In this document: in pieces, positions 61,900 through 64,000 of the stretch
How positions within the stretch are numbered: the stretch's first letter is position 1
Layout of the letters: each line of letters starts with the position of its first letter
DNA from: Heterodontus francisci
Lineage: Eukaryota
Assembly: GCF_036365525.1 (NCBI RefSeq)
Contig: NC_090404.1
Coordinates: 10,106,001-10,170,000 of the forward strand
Direction of reading: 5' to 3'
DNA length: 64,000 nt
Notes under the pieces: generated by a model
What the model saw: the letters and a program-made list of their open reading frames with translations, nothing else
Databases searched by the model: none
Told to the model about the DNA's origin: nothing
Translations under genes and position numbers: made by a program

Positions 61900-64000
61900 T
61901 ACTGAAGACTTGTGCTCCAGAACTAGCTGCACCCCTAGCTAAACTGCTCTAATACAGGTATAACACTGGCATCTACCCGGCATTGTGGAAAATTGCCCAG
62001 TTATGTACTGTGCACAATAAGCATGACATATCCAACCCAGCCAATTGCCACCCTATTAGTCTTCTCTCAACCATCAGTAAAGTGATGGAAGGGGTCATCG
62101 ATACTGATGTCAAGCGGCACTTGCTCAGCAATAACCTCCTCACGGATGCTCACTTTGGGTTCCACCAGGGCCACTCAGCTCCTGATCTCATAACAGCCTT
62201 GGTCCAAACATAGGCCAAAGAGCTGATCTCCAGAGGTAACTTTTCCTGATATATATTAATGACCTAGACCTTAGTGTACAGGGCACAATTTCAAAGTTTA
62301 CAGATGATATGAAATTGGAAGCATTGTGAATTGTGGGGAGGATCTTGTAGAACTTCAAAAGGACATAGACAAGTTGGTGGAATGGGCAGACAGGTGGCAG
62401 ATCAAGTTCAATGCAGAGAAATGTGAAGTGATTAATTTTGGTAGGAATAACATGGAGAGACAATATAGAATAAAGTATACAATTCTAAAGGGGTTGCAGG
62501 AGCAGAGGAACCTGGGTGTATACGTGCATAAGTCATTGAAGGTGACAGGACAGGTTGAGAGAGTTGTTAATAAAGCATACAGTATCCTGGGCTTTGTTAG
62601 TAGAGGCGTAGGGTACAAGAGAAAGAAGTTATATTGAACTTGTATAAGACACTAGTTCGGCCTCAGCTGGAGGATTGTATCCAATTCTGGGCGCTGTGAG
62701 ACTATTGGAGAGAGTACAGAAGAGATTCACGAGAATGGTTCCAGGGATGAGGCATTTCAGTTATGAAGATAGATTGGAGAAATTAGGACTGTTTTCCTTG
62801 GTGAAGCGATGGCTGAGAGGTGATTTAATAGAGGTATTCAAAATCATGAGGAGTCTGGACAGAGCAGATAGAGAGAAACTGTTCCCACTTGTGAAAGGAT
62901 CGAGAACAAGAGGGCAGCGATTTAAAGCCTTTGGTCAGAGAAGCAAAAGTGGCATAAGGAAAATCTTTTTCACATCGCGAGTGGTTAAGGTCTGGAATCG
63001 GCTGCCTGAGAACGGTTAGTAAACGGTTATATGAAAAGGAATACAGTGCAGAGTTACGGGGAGAAGGCAGGGGAATGGAACTGAGGGAATTGCTCTTTGA
63101 GAGCCGGTGCGGATATGATGGGCCGAATGGCCTCCTTCTGCGCTGTAACAATTCTGTGATTCTGTGAGGTCTTTTTAGTTTAGTGATACAGCACTGAAAC
63201 AGGCCCTTCAGCCCACCGAGTCTGTGCCGACCATCAACCACCCATTTATACTAATCCTACACTAATCCCATATTCCTACCACATCCCCACCTGTCCCTAT
63301 ATATTTCCCTACCACCTACCTATACTAGGGGCAATTTGTAATGGCCAATTAACCTATCAACCTGCAAGTCTTTGGCGTGTGGGAGGAAACCGACGCAGAC
63401 ACAGGGAGAACTTGCAAACTCCGCACAGGCAGTACCCAGAATCGAACCCGGGTCCCTGGAGCTGTGAGGCTGCGGTGCTAACCACTGCGCCACTGTGCCG
63501 TCATAGAGTTATACAGCACAGAAACAGGCCCTTCGGCCCATCGTGTCTGTGCCGGCCATCAAGCACCTAGCTATTCTAATCCCATTTTCCAGCACTTGGC
63601 CCGCAGCCTTGTGACCCTAGGTGAGGTGAGAGTGACTGCCCTCGACATCAAGGAAGCATTATACCGAGTATGGCGTCAAGGAACCCTAGCAAAACTGAAG
63701 TCAATGGGAATCGAGGGGAAACTCTCCGCTGGTTGAAGTCATACGTAGCAGAAACGAAGATGGTTGTAGTTGTTGGAGGCCAATCCTCTCAGTCCCAGGA
63801 AATCATTGCAGGAGTTCCTCAGGGTAGTGCCCTAGGCCCAACCATCTTCAGTTGCTTCATCATAAGGTCAGAAGTGGGGATGTTCACTAATGATTGCACA
63901 ATGTTCAGCATCATTTGCGACTACTCAGATACTAAAGCAGTCCATGCCCAGTTGCAGCAAGACCTGGACAACATCCAGGCAGGGGCTGATAAGTGGCAAG
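61900..64000 (+). mobile_element. LINE RT (family of 36700) split by CR1 (62240-63170, +) and HE1-like SINE (63185-63500, -)
   Basis: GHSAPDLITALVQT ends near 62237 and the element resumes at about 63620 (gtgaggtgagagtgactgccctcgacatcaag). Confidence 0.85.

Noticed and set aside
18000-64000. TCR D, J or constant exons; NAR-TCR, IgW or IgNAR exons
   Set aside because: None recognised in this window, so alpha versus delta assignment of the V segments cannot be made here.

Overview
Cartilaginous-fish (shark) genomic DNA. The constant-region peptides closely resemble horn shark (Heterodontus) IgM as I recall it; the species is not verified. The window holds one apparently intact IgM heavy-chain cluster on + (leader, VH already fused to D in the genome, unrearranged JH, CH1-CH4 with secretory tail, TM1/TM2; ~1.5-17.9 kb). 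A second, convergently oriented and crippled IgM cluster lies on - (D, JH, half of CH1, CH2; ~39.9-46.4 kb; no VH and no CH3/CH4/TM seen). Between them are five T-cell-receptor alpha/delta-type V segments in mixed orientation (one intact, four defective). Four retain at least an RSS heptamer and three have adjacent CTCF-like motifs; two further doubtful remnants lie at ~0.2 and ~36 kb. The main signal is therefore an Ig/TCR mosaic locus, with whole IgM clusters embedded in a TCR V array. The rest is CR1, other LINE, RTE, Penelope and SINE debris, microsatellites and a ~4 kb 54-bp tandem array. All calls come from reading the sequence by eye; no database searches were run.
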